From: Eledone cirrhosa
Lineage: Eukaryota
DNA length: 64,000 bases
Assembly: GCA_964016885.1 (NCBI GenBank)
Contig: OZ024742.1
Span: forward strand, 150,164,001-150,228,000
Reading direction: 5' to 3'
Under the pieces are notes generated by a model, which saw only the letters and a list, made by a program, of their open reading frames with translations, ran no database searches and was not told the origin of the DNA. Positions 37,880-51,385 of the stretch are shown here, one piece after another; the first letter of the stretch is position 1, and each line of letters opens with the position of its first letter. Made by a program: the position numbers and the translations under genes.

Positions 37880-40360
37880 CGCTTCAATCGTTCATTCATT
37901 TCTACACATAACCCTAAATTTTGAATGCAGATGACTGCTGGTATTTCCTAAAATGATAAGTCATTCAGATTTAATCCGAAAGCTGACACATAGTACAGTT
38001 CTTACAGATAGTTCATTTCTGAGAGCTGGAGCTGACTTACAGAAAACCTGATCGATACAGCTCTTCATTCTACTACTTGGTACCATGAGAAGTACATTGC
38101 CACTTGATCTTGTCTCAAACACATTGTTCACCATTGTATTGGGGAGCAAGCCCATGTACAGTTTTGAATTTTATTCAGACTCTTACAGGAAGCCACTATA
38201 GAGCTTTAATATGCTCAGAGATATGGTCTTATGTTTCCCCATACAGGCTGCAGTATTTTGAATGAATTGGTAGTCTTCAGATCAGATGTCCAGGTATGCT
38301 TTAGAATGATGTATTATCATTTTCCAGTGTGATATACAAAAACATTCCTGAATACTTCAGTTGCTTTCTAATTTAAGTACTTCCTAATCATAATTATGTC
38401 TCAGATTTATGCATGCCAACCAATATCTCTCTCTCTGATCGATCAACAAGATCTCAGACCTCATTCGATTGCCATAGGGTGGATCTTGTCAAACCGGACC
38501 AAGAATACAATATTTCCATTGGTCTTTCCATTGCTGATACTATCTACAACTCCTGGCAGAAAGCGTGTGAAATAAAGTGTCTTGCTCAAGGACACAACGC
38601 ATCACCCGGTCCGAGAATTGAACTCGCAACCTCACTATTGTGAATTCAACTCTTTAACCACTAAACCACTAAACCACGTGCCTTCACCTTATATACCATA
38701 GTGATATTACCTGTCCGTTCTCATGTCTTTATTAAAAATTGTTCCTTTATTTATTGGTGACAGACATGTTACCTATGTATAGAGATGGTGTCTTTATTTT
38801 CATTCTCTATACCTTCAAGCCTATAAGCAGAACTTCTGTCTATCATCAGTCAGCATAATGTTGTTGTTAACCATCCACTTCCAAATCTCAGATATACAGA
38901 CAGTAGTTTTGTCAACTGCTTCCTGTGTATTACATTCTTTTGGCCTAAATGATAAATACATTTGTGTATCATCAGCATAAAGATGGCTGATGCTTCTGAA
39001 TAATGTCACCAATGGGAATAGTATACATAAAAAGAATTAGTAAAAGGACTGATCCTTGCAAAACACCACAGTCAATAGACTAGTTTTCTGATTGTAACTT
39101 TCTACTGTCTGTCCTATAAATTTGAGTAAGACACTTGTTCCTCCAAAACATTTTTCCAACCAGTTGAATTTCATGGTCAACAGTGTTAAATCCTGCTGAC
39201 AGACCAAGTTACACAAGTAGATATAGCTTTTAATTGACCATTACCAATAAAATATCATTGTGGACATACACCAATGTGTTTGCTGTGCTGTAATACTCTT
39301 TATATGCAGACTAAAATACTTCACAGAAATTGAACAACTCATTCCATAGTTTTGGAGATAAATTGCAGATAGAGGTCTGTAATTCTTGAATACCAGGTCC
39401 AGTGCGACATTCTTTCATGAGTGGTGTTAGTAGAGCAACTTTTATTATGTTAGAGATATGACATATCTAGGCATCAGTTGATAATGATGGTGGTAACTAG
39501 AGCCACTTCATCAATAGACTCTTTCATTATCTATATTGGTATTGGATCTGGCTGACATGACTCGTAATGGTCTCTTTAACTTGATCCATGGCAACTTTGT
39601 TGAAATAACTCGGCATCTTTTTGAATTTTGGTGCCTTAATGTGTTTTAGCTTTTGTTGATTTTTCATTTGCCATATTAGAACAATACTGAATTTTTATCT
39701 GATATCATCTTATACATAGTTCCGTTTGCTCCTGGAACATAATTGTGAACTGTTGATTTTGTTCTATGCTATTACCTTTCAAGTCTTTTTCCATTCCTTT
39801 GATATATCATCACTGACCCAATGTGGTTTCTTCCTTAGAAAGATTAAATTTGCCTTTACCAATATTTCCTTTATTTTATTATTATATTCATTAATAATGA
39901 TATTGCAGTTATCTGATTTAGTATTCTAGGCAATGTGCTGGATGTCATTTCTAAAGATACCCATGTCAATAGTTTTTAATTTATGGCAATAAATCATTTT
40001 CTTCTACAGTTTTAGTATTTGAAGATGTACTTAGCACATCAAAAATAATGGTTTCTGATTTAGGCACAAGGCCAGCAGTTTTGGAGGAGGGGAAAGTCGA
40101 TTGAATTGACCCCAGTGCATTACTGGTACTTTATTTTATCAATCTCGTAGGGATGAAAAGCAAAGCTAACTTCTGTGGGATTTGAACTCAGAACATAAAG
40201 GGACAAAAATAATGATCTGATTTGACATAGTCATTAATCTGTAGACAGTCTTTAAATGTATCTTACTTTATTTAATTATAAGGTTCAAGGTGTATCCAAA
40301 TGTATGTGTAGGTTTATTAATCCATTGATGCCAACAAACTATTCAGGTACTTTATATGTA
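37880..40360 (-). mobile_element. Degenerate L2/CR1-type LINE, interrupted by SINEs
   Basis: HLYADDTQMYLSF (RT) at ~38940-38990; KPTHTFGYTLNLII (APE remnant) near 40300; many stops. Confidence 0.75.
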
Positions 40361-41299
40361 AATTTGAGGTAAATTTTAGTTGTCAGTTTTTTTTTTTTTT
40401 GCGAATGGTAGATGGAAAATGATCAATTTTGTTAATTCTTGCTACCATATTTCTATTAAAACATACAACCTATCATTTTCAAATTGTTTTGAAAATGATG
40501 AAACAATTGGAAGGACTTATTAACATAACTAACTTTCACTTAATTAAGCTGATGTAGGAGCATAACTTAAAGGTTCTTACATTAAATTATGATAAGTTTT
40601 CAGATAAATATAAACACACTAAAATAAACAGCTATGTACCATAGAACCAGGGATGGTTTCAGGCAATTTAGTATCAAAAGAGTTAATTTTGAATTTTCTG
40701 AGAGAGTGACCTCCGCAAATTCAAATAATTTATGTTTGTGTTGCTTTGATTTCATTTTAATTTGAAGTTCTTCTTTATAACTAACTACTATTCCTTCCAT
40801 CTCTGGTTTACCACTTTCATATGGTCTATATTAATTGTGTATCCATTTCATTTAGTTCTGCTATTTTTATATCATCATCTGCTCTTAGCCAGGACTCTTG
40901 TGACCAATATTGTCTGCTCTAAGCCAACCAAGATTCTGTTATGTCAAATTCATTCATTTGTTCTGATATGTTTTATTTCTCACAAAATGTGCATTTAATA
41001 AGTAAAATTTGATAGCTTGCAAGTTTGATCCATCTATCTGTGTTCTGGGACAGATTACGTAAGATAGTTTATTATTTAGATTATTTCGGTTATAGGTGGC
41101 GTATGATCTCAATAAAGGTGTATGGTGTAGTAATGAATAAGTATTGTTCCTTTGTTGAAGTCAAACATGATCCTTTGAATTTATATAGATATACACAGCA
41201 AGAAATACTGGTTTTGTGTGTGTTTATTTGAACAAATAACAAATACTTTCCATTAAGCAAAAGCCAAATCATTTTGGGAAATGTAGATTGAATCAACTT

Positions 41300-42900
41300 A
41301 GTATTTACAAATACTTATGTTCCAACATCCACTTGCTATACAAACTTCAGGAAACCAACCAGTTACCTGGTTCCCTCTCAATCGGAAATATACAAGCCAA
41401 ATAGGCTTAATTTTCATCAGGAAATGAGATAGATTAATGGTTGTGAATGCCAAATCCTTCCCTGGTAATGAATGTATCTCCTAACATAGATTATCTATCA
41501 GAAATCTGAGCGTAAGAACTACACAAACTCAAAGACTAATTCCAAGCTGGATTAAAAAGATATGGAAGAGATGGAGACCTATAATATTATGGACAAGTGA
41601 GAATTCCTGGAGGCAAACTGCTGAAGGCCACTGAGCAGGTTTGAATCTGGAGCAACACCCCAGCTAGATGGAGAGTGACACAGTGGTGGAATGATAGGAT
41701 AGACAGGTTTGGAAAGACTGGAAAAAAGGAGGAAGCAGGGAACTATACTAAACAGCTAGAAGAAAGACTAGGCACCAGATATACTATGCTGGCATTGATG
41801 GACAGGTTATCATAGTCCGAGACAAGATATTACTGGATAGGCATGTCTTACTTATACTTTCTATATTTTAGCATGGTTTCTATGGCCTAATACTAAGTAC
41901 TTTACAGAATGTACTGGATGCATTTTATCGTAGCACCAACACTAGAGAGGTGGTCATGTGTTCGACCAGACAAGAGAGTCTTCTCTATCCTATATTATCC
42001 CTGTTTGATTGTCAACTACTTTACAGAGTGTAGTGGGTGTATTTTATGGCACCAGCAAAAGAGAGGATGTCATGTCCATGACAAGACCAAAGGGTTCTCT
42101 TTACCTTGTTGACTTGGTGTGTTCAACTGTCATATTATAGAGAATATCATGTGCATTCCATCATTTTCCCCCATCCATTGCAGGCTAAAAGTGACCTCTC
42201 CATGCCATGCAGTCTCTAGTATCTCACTACATTTACATTTATCATACTTCCACTGGTTGTCTTCAAAGCCTGGCATTATTCTATAGAAAGATTTGTCACC
42301 ACTGCAATGGCACCTTTATATATAGGCACAAATACAGCTGTGTAATAAAAAAAGTTCTCTTCTCAACAATAGCTCTAAGTTTATTCCCACTGCATGGCAC
42401 CTTGAGCTAGTATTTTCAACTTTTATAAGGTGATCTTCAGCATGAACTGAATAAGTTTGCTGCCGAGTGCTGAGGAGACTGAGACATTTGTCCTCACAAG
42501 AAAGCCAGCACAATGTGTTTTGCATGTGTGTGGAGTTACATTGAAGCAGGTTGAGCAGTTCAAGTATCTCAAGGGCCATTTTTACAAGTGATGAAAGGCA
42601 GGAGGCTGAATTAAATGCAAGAATTGCTGGAACTGGTGTAGTAATGTGACAGTTTCAGCACTGTCATCTGAAGAAAGGAGGTAGGGGTAAAAGCCAAACT
42701 CACTATCTTCGTTTTCAGTATTTGTGCCTACTTTTACTTAGGTGATAAATCCAGCCAGATCATTTGGAAACTATTGCTTTTGATAGGATTTTCAGGTTGG
42801 CACATCTGAGGATTCTGCCCTCATAGGGATAAGTTGGCAAAGAAATCAATAAAATAAGTCGTCATCATTTAATGTCCATTTTCCATGCTATCAAGAGCTG
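41300..42900 (+). mobile_element. Highly degenerate RTE LINE fragments
   Basis: Decayed similarity to 47200-47770 (VTxWWN, ARR) and to the RTE family at 25788-26335. Confidence 0.5.
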
Positions 42901-43539
42901 GGTGGATTTTCGCCAGCCAGTCAGCATTTGAATAAAGCCATTGACCTCTCAGCCACGTGTCTGCATTTCACTTAAATATGTTCTAGCAGTCTACCAAATG
43001 CTCACAATGGTTAGGGTCCCATATCTCGCTTACATACTTTCCAGCACTTTACCGAGTGCATTTTATTGTGGCACCAGCACTCTGGGAGTTTTCACATCAG
43101 ACTGAAATAAATACTGAGATTAATTTGATTGAAGGTTGTGTCCCATCATGGCTGCATACAGTCCAATGACTGAAACCAACAAAAGAATAAAATAGTATAT
43201 GTAAGATTCTCAATTTGCTGATATGTACAGTGAACTAAGCATTAAGTGAATGAAGCTGTTTGTTTTACATTTGGCAAACATATCAAACTCTACACACTTT
43301 TAACATATGGGTATATTAAGTCTTTTATATTTTTATGGCACAAAATAAACAAAAACAATACATATTTTCATAATGTTTTATAACATTTTTATGGTGTGCA
43401 CTAAACACTCTTTTGCAAGCATTCAAGTCAAGTCTCCAGTCTGTCTAAAACACCATTCCTTCTTCTCAACAATCACAGAGGCCCAGAAAAGGATCATGGC
43501 TATTACCTTTCCTTTTCTGACAAAGCCATTCAAATAATT

Positions 43540-43955
43540 GTTTCTCCTTTAGGCACAAAGCCAATAATGTGGGAGAGGGGAAGGTTGACCAATAATTTGG
43601 TGGGAGGGGAAAGTTGATTAAATTGACCCCAGTATTTAACTGTTAGTTATTTTATTAACTCCCAAAAGGAAGACATACAAAATTTACTTCAATGGGATTT
43701 GAACTCAGGACATAAAGAGTCAGAACAAATACTGCTATGTATTTTGTCAACTCTTCAATACCTCTGCCAATTCACTGACCTCAAAGCCATTAAAATAATA
43801 ATAATAATAATAGATAGTGGATTGGTAGTCATTAAAATGGCAGATAGAATGCTTTTCAATATTCATTCTGGCTCCTGTACTTTGATTTCAAATCCTGCCG
43901 AAATTAACTTTGCCTTTCAAGGTCAATAAAAAAGTACCTGTCCAGTACTAAGTTC
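43540..43955. mobile_element. Divergent pair of tRNA-derived SINEs
   Basis: Minus copy at ~43540-43780 and plus copy at ~43815-43955. Confidence 0.65.
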
Positions 43956-44017
43956 GATTTTTCTTGTATATCTTTTTCTCACTATTACTTTCTCTCTTAA
44001 CTCTGGGAGTTACAGGT

Positions 44018-44063
<46 letters not shown>

Positions 44064-44580
44064 TCATCATCATCATTTTGCATCCGCTTTTCCCTGCTTG
44101 CAAGGGTGGGACGGGAACTGATTCTGGCTTGATTTCTACAGCTGGATGCCCTTCCTAATACCAACCTCATTTACAGTGAGTGCTGGGTGCTTTTTTGCCG
44201 TGGCACCTCCATGACCACTTTGCAGTGGAATGATATGAACCCCAGTCCCTATCATCTCATTTCTACAGCTGAGCAATGTGAAATAAAGTGTCTTATTCAA
44301 GGAAACAACACATCACCCGGTCTGAGAATTGAACTCACAACCTTTCGATTGCAAGGCCAATGCTCTAACCACTAAGCCATGTGCCTCCTTATATATATAC
44401 ATTAATAATAATAAGTGTAATAATAATTTATCGGGTCTTAACTATTGTTAATTTTGTTTTTTTAATATCTAATTGAATATGTGAAACATAAAACTTTAAA
44501 AAAGATAAATATGTTTAATCATTTATTTGAATGTAAAACTTGTAACAGTCGCTTTTGTCTCATTTTCTTTCACCCTTTAG

Positions 44581-44712
44581 CTGATGCAGTAATGTGTCAT
44601 CGGTGCTATAGTGCTATGGGTGGTTGTGGCCATAGTGTTAACTGGCAAATGTATCCATGGCGATCGTGTCCACACTCAGAGTTTTGTGTCAAAGTTACAG
44701 AAAAAATTGGAA
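44581..44712 (+). CDS. Ly6/three-finger protein gene, coding exon 2
   Basis: Acceptor caccctttag; DAVMCHRCYSAMGGC...RSCPHSEFCVKVTEKIG; donor gtaagt; phase 1-1. Confidence 0.88.
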
Positions 44713-45327
44713 GTAAGTATACTGCATTTATTTTATCTTCTTAAATTCAATCAATGTATGAAATTATTTTGTTTGTCTTTCATTTTGTTTTATGTTCAAT
44801 TGATTAAGTATATTTTAGTCATTTCTCCCAATTATTAAAAGAGACAATCCCCTCCAGAACCATTTGAATGCTTTTTCCACCTTTGGTTAAACCCAGTATT
44901 TCTTTGTCATTCTCTGCTATACACCATCTTGCTTATATCTGTTTGAAGAAGGAAGGTCTCTATATGGTCGTCCATCCTGTTAGAAATAGCAGCCAAATCT
45001 CCCTCAAATCTTATAATCTTACAAAAATAAGAAGGAATATTTAGATAATTTATAGTCCTTTATATACTGATTAATGTTGAAACACTTTTGATTAGAAGTA
45101 TGTTCAATAAGAGGTGGCCTTAGGGTAAATAACAGCAACAGTCTATACAAAATATATATATATTTTTATTCTGATGACTTCGTCCCATTGGAAATTTTCT
45201 TTTCCAGATGTTAATAAAATTCACAAATCTTCAACTTTTCAATCTCAATATTAACCTTTTTGATATCAAACACGCATGGTTCTACAATACAGATCTGTTT
45301 ATAAAAGATGATGTTCTCAGACCCTTA

Positions 45328-45618
45328 AGACCCTTAAAAGATAGAAAAAGAAGTTGCCATCAGCTGCTATGAGGAATTGAGCCCTTTATCTCCCAGATAC
45401 TGGCTAGATGCTTTAACTATTAAGCTAAGGCACTGCCAACATCTTTTAACTAGATAATTAGACAACAACTTTCAGATGTCAGCAGACAGACAGACATCTG
45501 TATGTAAACAAACAATGTACAAGGTTGAATTAAAGCATCTAGCTGATATCTTGGAGGTATGGGGTTCGATTTCTCATAACAGCTGATGGCGACTTCTTTG
45601 TCCGTCTTTTAAGGGTCT
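45328..45618. repeat. Inverted repeat of two outward-facing tRNA-like (SINE-head) units
   Basis: 45328-45425 pairs with 45523-45618; the arm contains TTAAAGCATCTAGC...GGGGTTCGATTTCTC (B-box-like). Confidence 0.7.
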
Positions 45619-46619
45619 GCAGCCTATCTTATAGCATCTCTGCATTTGAGCACATCATCCTTTATACTTATATATATATGTGCACTGGGTGCATTTTATC
45701 TTGGCACCAGCTTTAAGGTCTACAACATAGCTAGAGTCCTTCTGACCCTTTGTTTTGCATCTTTTCTTCTTATGTATGTCTATAATATTATTAAGTGGGT
45801 AAAAGGTACAATTTATCTCAGTAGCAGACCTGTTTCATGCCAGTGAACAATAATTGGGCTTTGCAAGTATCACATAATATTTACATAGCTTTAGATTCTT
45901 CAATGACAACCACAGTGACTTATGGTATTTAACAAACTTTGCATTGTGGTTATATTTTCATTAAAGTTATTAAATTTTTGCTTTAGGCAGAGATAATGGT
46001 CATTATTAAAAACAGTTAATAGGAGCTGTTTTTTAGCTCTGGATAAGCTCTGATTAAATAGACATATGATAAAAGGTATTCCAGGCATGATCCTGATGTT
46101 TCTTTCTAAGGCATAGCATATCTAAGACTACATTATCTAATGTGTCATTCCTTTTTTTTTAAGTGAGTAGAATAATTGGAAGTTTAATTGCTATTTCTAT
46201 TGAGTCAAGTAACTGCATATAGGCTTTCCATATTAGGTTTATCTCACAACTTCTGAATCACTCAAATTGAGCCATCATTGTGTGTCATCCTTCTGGTATC
46301 AGTGATGAAACCCATTATATACTAGGATTAAACTGATAAATATTAGAATTCAGCTTAGTGACTTTGCTTGGAAATACTGAAAGAGAGAATATACACATTT
46401 CAATGAATTCATCATCATTATCCTTACATTTGCTTTTCTTAGTTAGCCTGGGTTAAATGAGACATCTTAAAGATATTCTATGACCAGATGTTCTTTTAGA
46501 AGTCAACCCATTTTTTTTAGTAAGGTACTAATCTTCCCATGTTGAACTGCTAAGTTGTGGCACATATAATGTCATCACTTGGCAGACTCAAATAAGAAGC
46601 AAAAGTACTCATATATATG

Positions 46620-49600
46620 TGAGTTGAGTGTCGACAAATGCCCAAAACTCCGAGTTGGTACCATCAATGTAGGCTCAATGAAAGGAAGAGCAGGAGAAAT
46701 CGTAGAAATGCTAGAGCGAAAGGAAATTGACGTATGCTGTGTGCAAGAGACAAGATGGAGAGGAGAGTCTGCCAGAGTCCTCGTAGGAAAAAGTCGGTGC
46801 TACAAATTTTTCTGGGTGGGAAATGACGATGGGATGGGTGGTGTAGGTATCCTACTAGCTGACAAGTGGCTAGATAAGGTAATCTCAGTGAACAGGGTGA
46901 ATGCAAGAATCATTAAACTCAGACTAGTCCTGAATAAAACAATTACCACAATAATATCAGCTTACGCACCCCAATCGGGGTTGCCAGACGAACTTAAGGA
47001 TAGGTTTTACGAGTCCCTAATACACACTACTGCTCTAACAGACGACAAGGACTTCCTAATCATCGCAGGAGATTTTAACGGACACGTAGGTAAACACTGC
47101 GACGGCTACAATAGAGTACATGGAGGCCATGGGGTTGGCACAAGGAATGAGGAAGGATTCAGACTTCTAGAATTCTGCGACGCCAATGACATGTCGATAT
47201 GTAACACAAACTTTAAAAAACCCGACAACCACCTGATCACCTATAGATCAGGGGAGCACTCTAGTCAGTTAGATTTTATCCTCATCAGAGGACGTGACAG
47301 ATGGACGGTTGTAAACACAAAAGCCTTCCCTAGTGAGGAATGTACATCCCAACATAGCTTAGTTGTCAGCGACCTCACGGTCAGAACTAGACGAGCCCTG
47401 AAACAGAGGCCAAACTGGAGAAGAAAGATCTGGAAGCTGAAAGTCCCCTCAACCAGCAGTAACAGATTTAAAGATATTTTACTCAACGCCTACGACAGTA
47501 AAGAAGAACAGATAGAGACATTTAATGTAGAAGAGAACTGGGAGTTCCTAAAAAATAATTTACTAGAGGCGACGGACGAGGTCTGTGGCTGGAGTAAGAC
47601 CTCAAGCAGGAGGAGAGTGACTTGGTGGTGGAACAATAAGGTAGATGAAGCAGTCAAGGCCAAGAGACAGGCATGGAAAGAATGGAAGAACGGGGGGAGC
47701 AGGGTACATTACATAGAGACCAAGAGGGAAGCTAGGCGACAAGTATACTTAGCTAGGAGGGAAGCAGAGGATAGAAAATTCAAGCATGTTTTACAACGTG
47801 AGGACCAGAAACAGGAGGTATTCAAGATTGCGAGGCAGTGTGTCAGAGATAGTTGTGATGTCATTGGAGAGAAGTGTATCCGGAATGATAAAGGTGAGCT
47901 TGCCCTCACAAGTGCTGAGAAGAAAGAGTCATTATGATAGATTACTAAATGAGGAGAATGCATGGGAAGAAGAGACCCTACCCCAAGTAGACCCTATAGA
48001 GGGACCAGCAGTACAAGTCAGCGGCAGCGTAGTAAGTAAGGCAATCAGAGATATGAAGATGGGGAAGGCAACCGGTCCATCGGGTATAGCTGCCGAGATG
48101 CTGAAGGCATCTGGGTCTGTAGGTCACACTATAACCACACGTATCGTTAACCAGGTAATACTAGAAGGGGCCATACCAAAAGATTGGTGCAGTAGCATCA
48201 TTGTCAACTGCTACAAAGGTAAAGGCGATGCACTAGATAGAGGAAACTATAGAGGTATAAAGTTGATGGACCAGGTCATGAAAGTAACAGAAAGAGTTAT
48301 AGCACAGCTGATTAGGGACCGGGTGAAAATAGACGAGATGCAATTTGGGTTTGTACCAGGAAGAGGCACCACTGATGCCCTCTTCCTTGTGAGGCAATTA
48401 CAGGAAAAGTACCTAGCTAAAAGTAAGCCACTCTACTTGGCATTTGTCGACCTTGAGAAAGCCTTTGACAGAGTTCCACGCGCTGTAATCTGGTGGGCTC
48501 TTAGAAAACTAGGAGTAGATGAATGGCTTGTGAAAGCGGTACAAGCCATGTATAGGGGAGCAGTCAGCAAAGTTAGGATTAGCAATGAGTATAGCGAGGA
48601 ATTTAGCGTACAGGTTGGGGTCCACCAGGGCTCTGTTCTTAGCCCTCTCCTGTTCATCATAGTCCTGCAGGCAATAACGGAGGAGTTTAAGACCGGATGC
48701 CCATGGGAACTCCTGTATGCTGATGACCTCGCACTCATAGCTGAATCTATGGTAGAACTAGAGAATAAATTCCAAACCTAGAAGCAGGGACTAGAAAGAA
48801 AGGGTCTCAAAGTAAACATGACAAAGACTAAGGTCCTTGTAAGTAGACGAGAAAACAGAACCCAGATCCCCTCAGGGAAATGGCCTTGCTCAGTATGTAG
48901 GAAAGGTGTAGGTAGGAACTCCATTCTCTGCCCCAAATGCAAACAATGGGTACACAAGAGATGTAGCGGGATCTCAGGAAGCTTAATTAAGAATGTAGGA
49001 TTCACATGCAGCAGCTGTGCTGAGACAGCAAACAGCCACAGGAAACAAGTACCACCAATCTCTGGGAGGGCCCTGCAGAAACAGTTGACAGCTTCTGCTA
49101 CCTAGGTGACCGAATTAGCAACGGAGGTGGGTGTTCAGAAAGTGCAATAACTAGGGTAAGAACGGGATGGAAGAAGTTTAGGGAACTACTACCACTGCTA
49201 GCTGCAAAAGGCTTCTCCCTCAGAATGAAAGGCAGACTGTATGATGCGTGTATCCGAACAGCGATGTTGCATGGTAGCGAGACCTGGGCGCTGAAGGTGG
49301 AAGACTTACGTAGATTAGAGAGAAACGAAGCCTGCATGCTCCGATGGATGTGTAACAATAATGTACGTGAACAACAAAGCATAAATGAATTGAGAGAGAG
49401 ACTGAGCCTAAGAGGAATCAAATGCTGTGTGCAGGAGAGGCGGTTGCGCTGGTATGGACATGTGATGCGTATGAAGGATGATAGCTGCATAAAAAGGTGC
49501 AGAGCACTAGAAGTTGATGGAAACCACGGAGTGGGGAGACCCAAGATGATCTGGGATGAGGTGATAAAAGCCGACCTTACCCAATTACACCTCTCAAAGA

Positions 49601-49979
49601 CAATGACACACGACCGTGACTACTGGCGTCACGCAGTAATACAGAGTACCCGACCTCCCATGGGTACAAGCTGAAGCATATAGACAATATGCCCCCACGC
49701 CCCCCCACCGCAAGGTGGTCGTGGAGGTGCCATGGAAAAAAAGCACCCAGCCCACACTGTAAAGTGGACGTGTAGGTGCCAGGGAAAAAAGTACCCAGCA
49801 CTCACTGTAAATGAGGTTGGTGTTAGGAAGGGCATCCAGCTGTAGAAACCAAGCCAAATCAGTTCCTGTATGAGCAAGGCATGGTCAGCCGACCAGACAC
49901 TGCCCACAACAGGACAACCCGTCTAACCCATGCTAGCGTGGAAGAACGGACGTAAAACGGTGATGATGATGATGATGAT
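46620..49979 (+). mobile_element. Near full-length RTE LINE (APE, RT, Cys-rich finger), few disablements
   Basis: LRVGTINVGSM...VQETRW...GDFN...DFIL (APE); NYRGIKL...FVDLEKAFD...QGSVLSP...YADD (RT); (GAT)n tail. Confidence 0.95.
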
Positions 49980-49991
49980 ATAACACACGCA

Positions 49992-51260
49992 CGCGGTGCG
50001 GACAATATTTGTTCGCAAGGTTACTGTCTAGGAAAAAATCACACATTAGTTTTATTTTTTAAGATTTATTTACCAAACTTGGGTCAGTTTGTCTTCATGA
50101 CTTGTTCTTTCGATCTCGCTCGATAAACCCGCCATTGGCTTTGATGGTGGCCTCGGAACCGGCTACAGGCCTTCGTCACTGTCCCCCGACTTAGGCCCCT
50201 AAAGGCACTTGTGATCCTGGCCTTCAGATCGTCTTTAGTATTGCAGCTAGATCTGTTGGTGTTTCGTTCCACTGTGCCCCACACAAAGAAGTCGAGGGGG
50301 TTGCAGTCAGGTGAAGTATGGTCGACGAAGTTCTCTGATAGCCAGGCTTGGGTCTTTCGGCTGGTATGGCAGGGCGCTGAGTCTTTCTGTGACACGTATG
50401 GCCTACCTGCAGCTACCTGGTCGATCCAGGGCTTTACTACCTCGCTCAGAATGCGGATGTAGCCATCGGTGTTCAGCTTGAGGCCCTCAGGGAAGAAGTG
50501 AGGTGGCATGACGTCACCTTGACTGCTGACGACACCTAAGACCAATGTCGCTGGAAACTTTGTCTGCATGACTCTGGGCACGTCTTTGGATGAGACAGCG
50601 AGCCACCTGTTGTTCTGGGAGTTGATCTTCTGGTCTTGGCAGAAGTTTTTCTCATTGGAGAAAAACCACATCATGTCTGGCTCCAGTGGGTGTTTCAACT
50701 TGTTGATCAGCTTCTTTGCGTGCTTCAGTCACATTTCTTGCATCGCCTTTCACAGAAATTGTCCTTTCCTCATCTTGTGTGAAACATAGCGAATATCTTC
50801 ATGTACCACCAGCCTAATGAGCTTTTCATCCACGCCTTTCTCCCTTGCAATGGCACGCATCGACTTGCTAGGTTCATTGTTGATGATATCCTGAACTTCA
50901 GCGACGAACTCGGGCGTTCTGAAGGCGACAGATCGTCGATCATGTGTTTTCCTCTCTGATGTTGCTTCGTAGTCGAATACTGAATCTTCTAATTCCTTTC
51001 TGACCTTTTCCACCATTCACCTGCTGACGCTGAGAAAGTCTGAAATTTCCTTATTTGTCCTCCTGGCGCGGATTCCAAGAAGAATTCTGTGTCTCTTCCA
51101 CAGATTTGGAGGTTCAAAATTATTCATAATCAATTATTCTGAAAATAAATAATGGAAATATAGTCACTGTTTTTATGAAGAAAAGAGTGACAACGGAAGT
51201 AAAAGAAAATTGCATAAAATTAGCAGTTGAAAATTGCGAACAAATATCGTCCACACCCTG
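49992..51260 (-). mobile_element. Tc1/mariner (maT/DD37D-like) DNA transposon, disabled
   Basis: 27-bp TIRs at 49992-50018 and 51234-51260; ATG at 51127; WFFSNEKNF...DSAPCHTS...SPDCNPLDFFVWG. Confidence 0.9.
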
Positions 51261-51385
51261 TATATATATATATATATAACATTAATAAAGATACTGGTAT
51301 TACATAAATCGTTTATTCATTATAATTATTTCAATGGTTCTCCCATGCAATCAAGATGTAATTCATGCATTTGTTGTTATGAGAA

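Noticed and set aside
43964-44014. Hydrophobic ORF start (YIFFSLLLSLLTLGVTG) as the Ly6 signal-peptide exon
   Set aside because: No ATG, weak donor (gtcaat), and adjacent to a SINE; 36467-36530 has a Kozak ATG, a gtaagt donor and the right phase.
45164-45220. CTGATGA...GAAA with ttttatt/aataaaa pairing
   Set aside because: No convincing helix II or III; likely chance or heavy decay. Other isolated CTGANGA hits (5418, 22218, 30374, 62633) and a partial motif near 63240-63290 also fail.
51315-51362. Hammerhead-like remnant (-): attacat-cttgattgc-atgg..ccat-t-GAAA-taatta-TA-atgaat
   Set aside because: Core too degenerate and helix I weak in AT-rich sequence.
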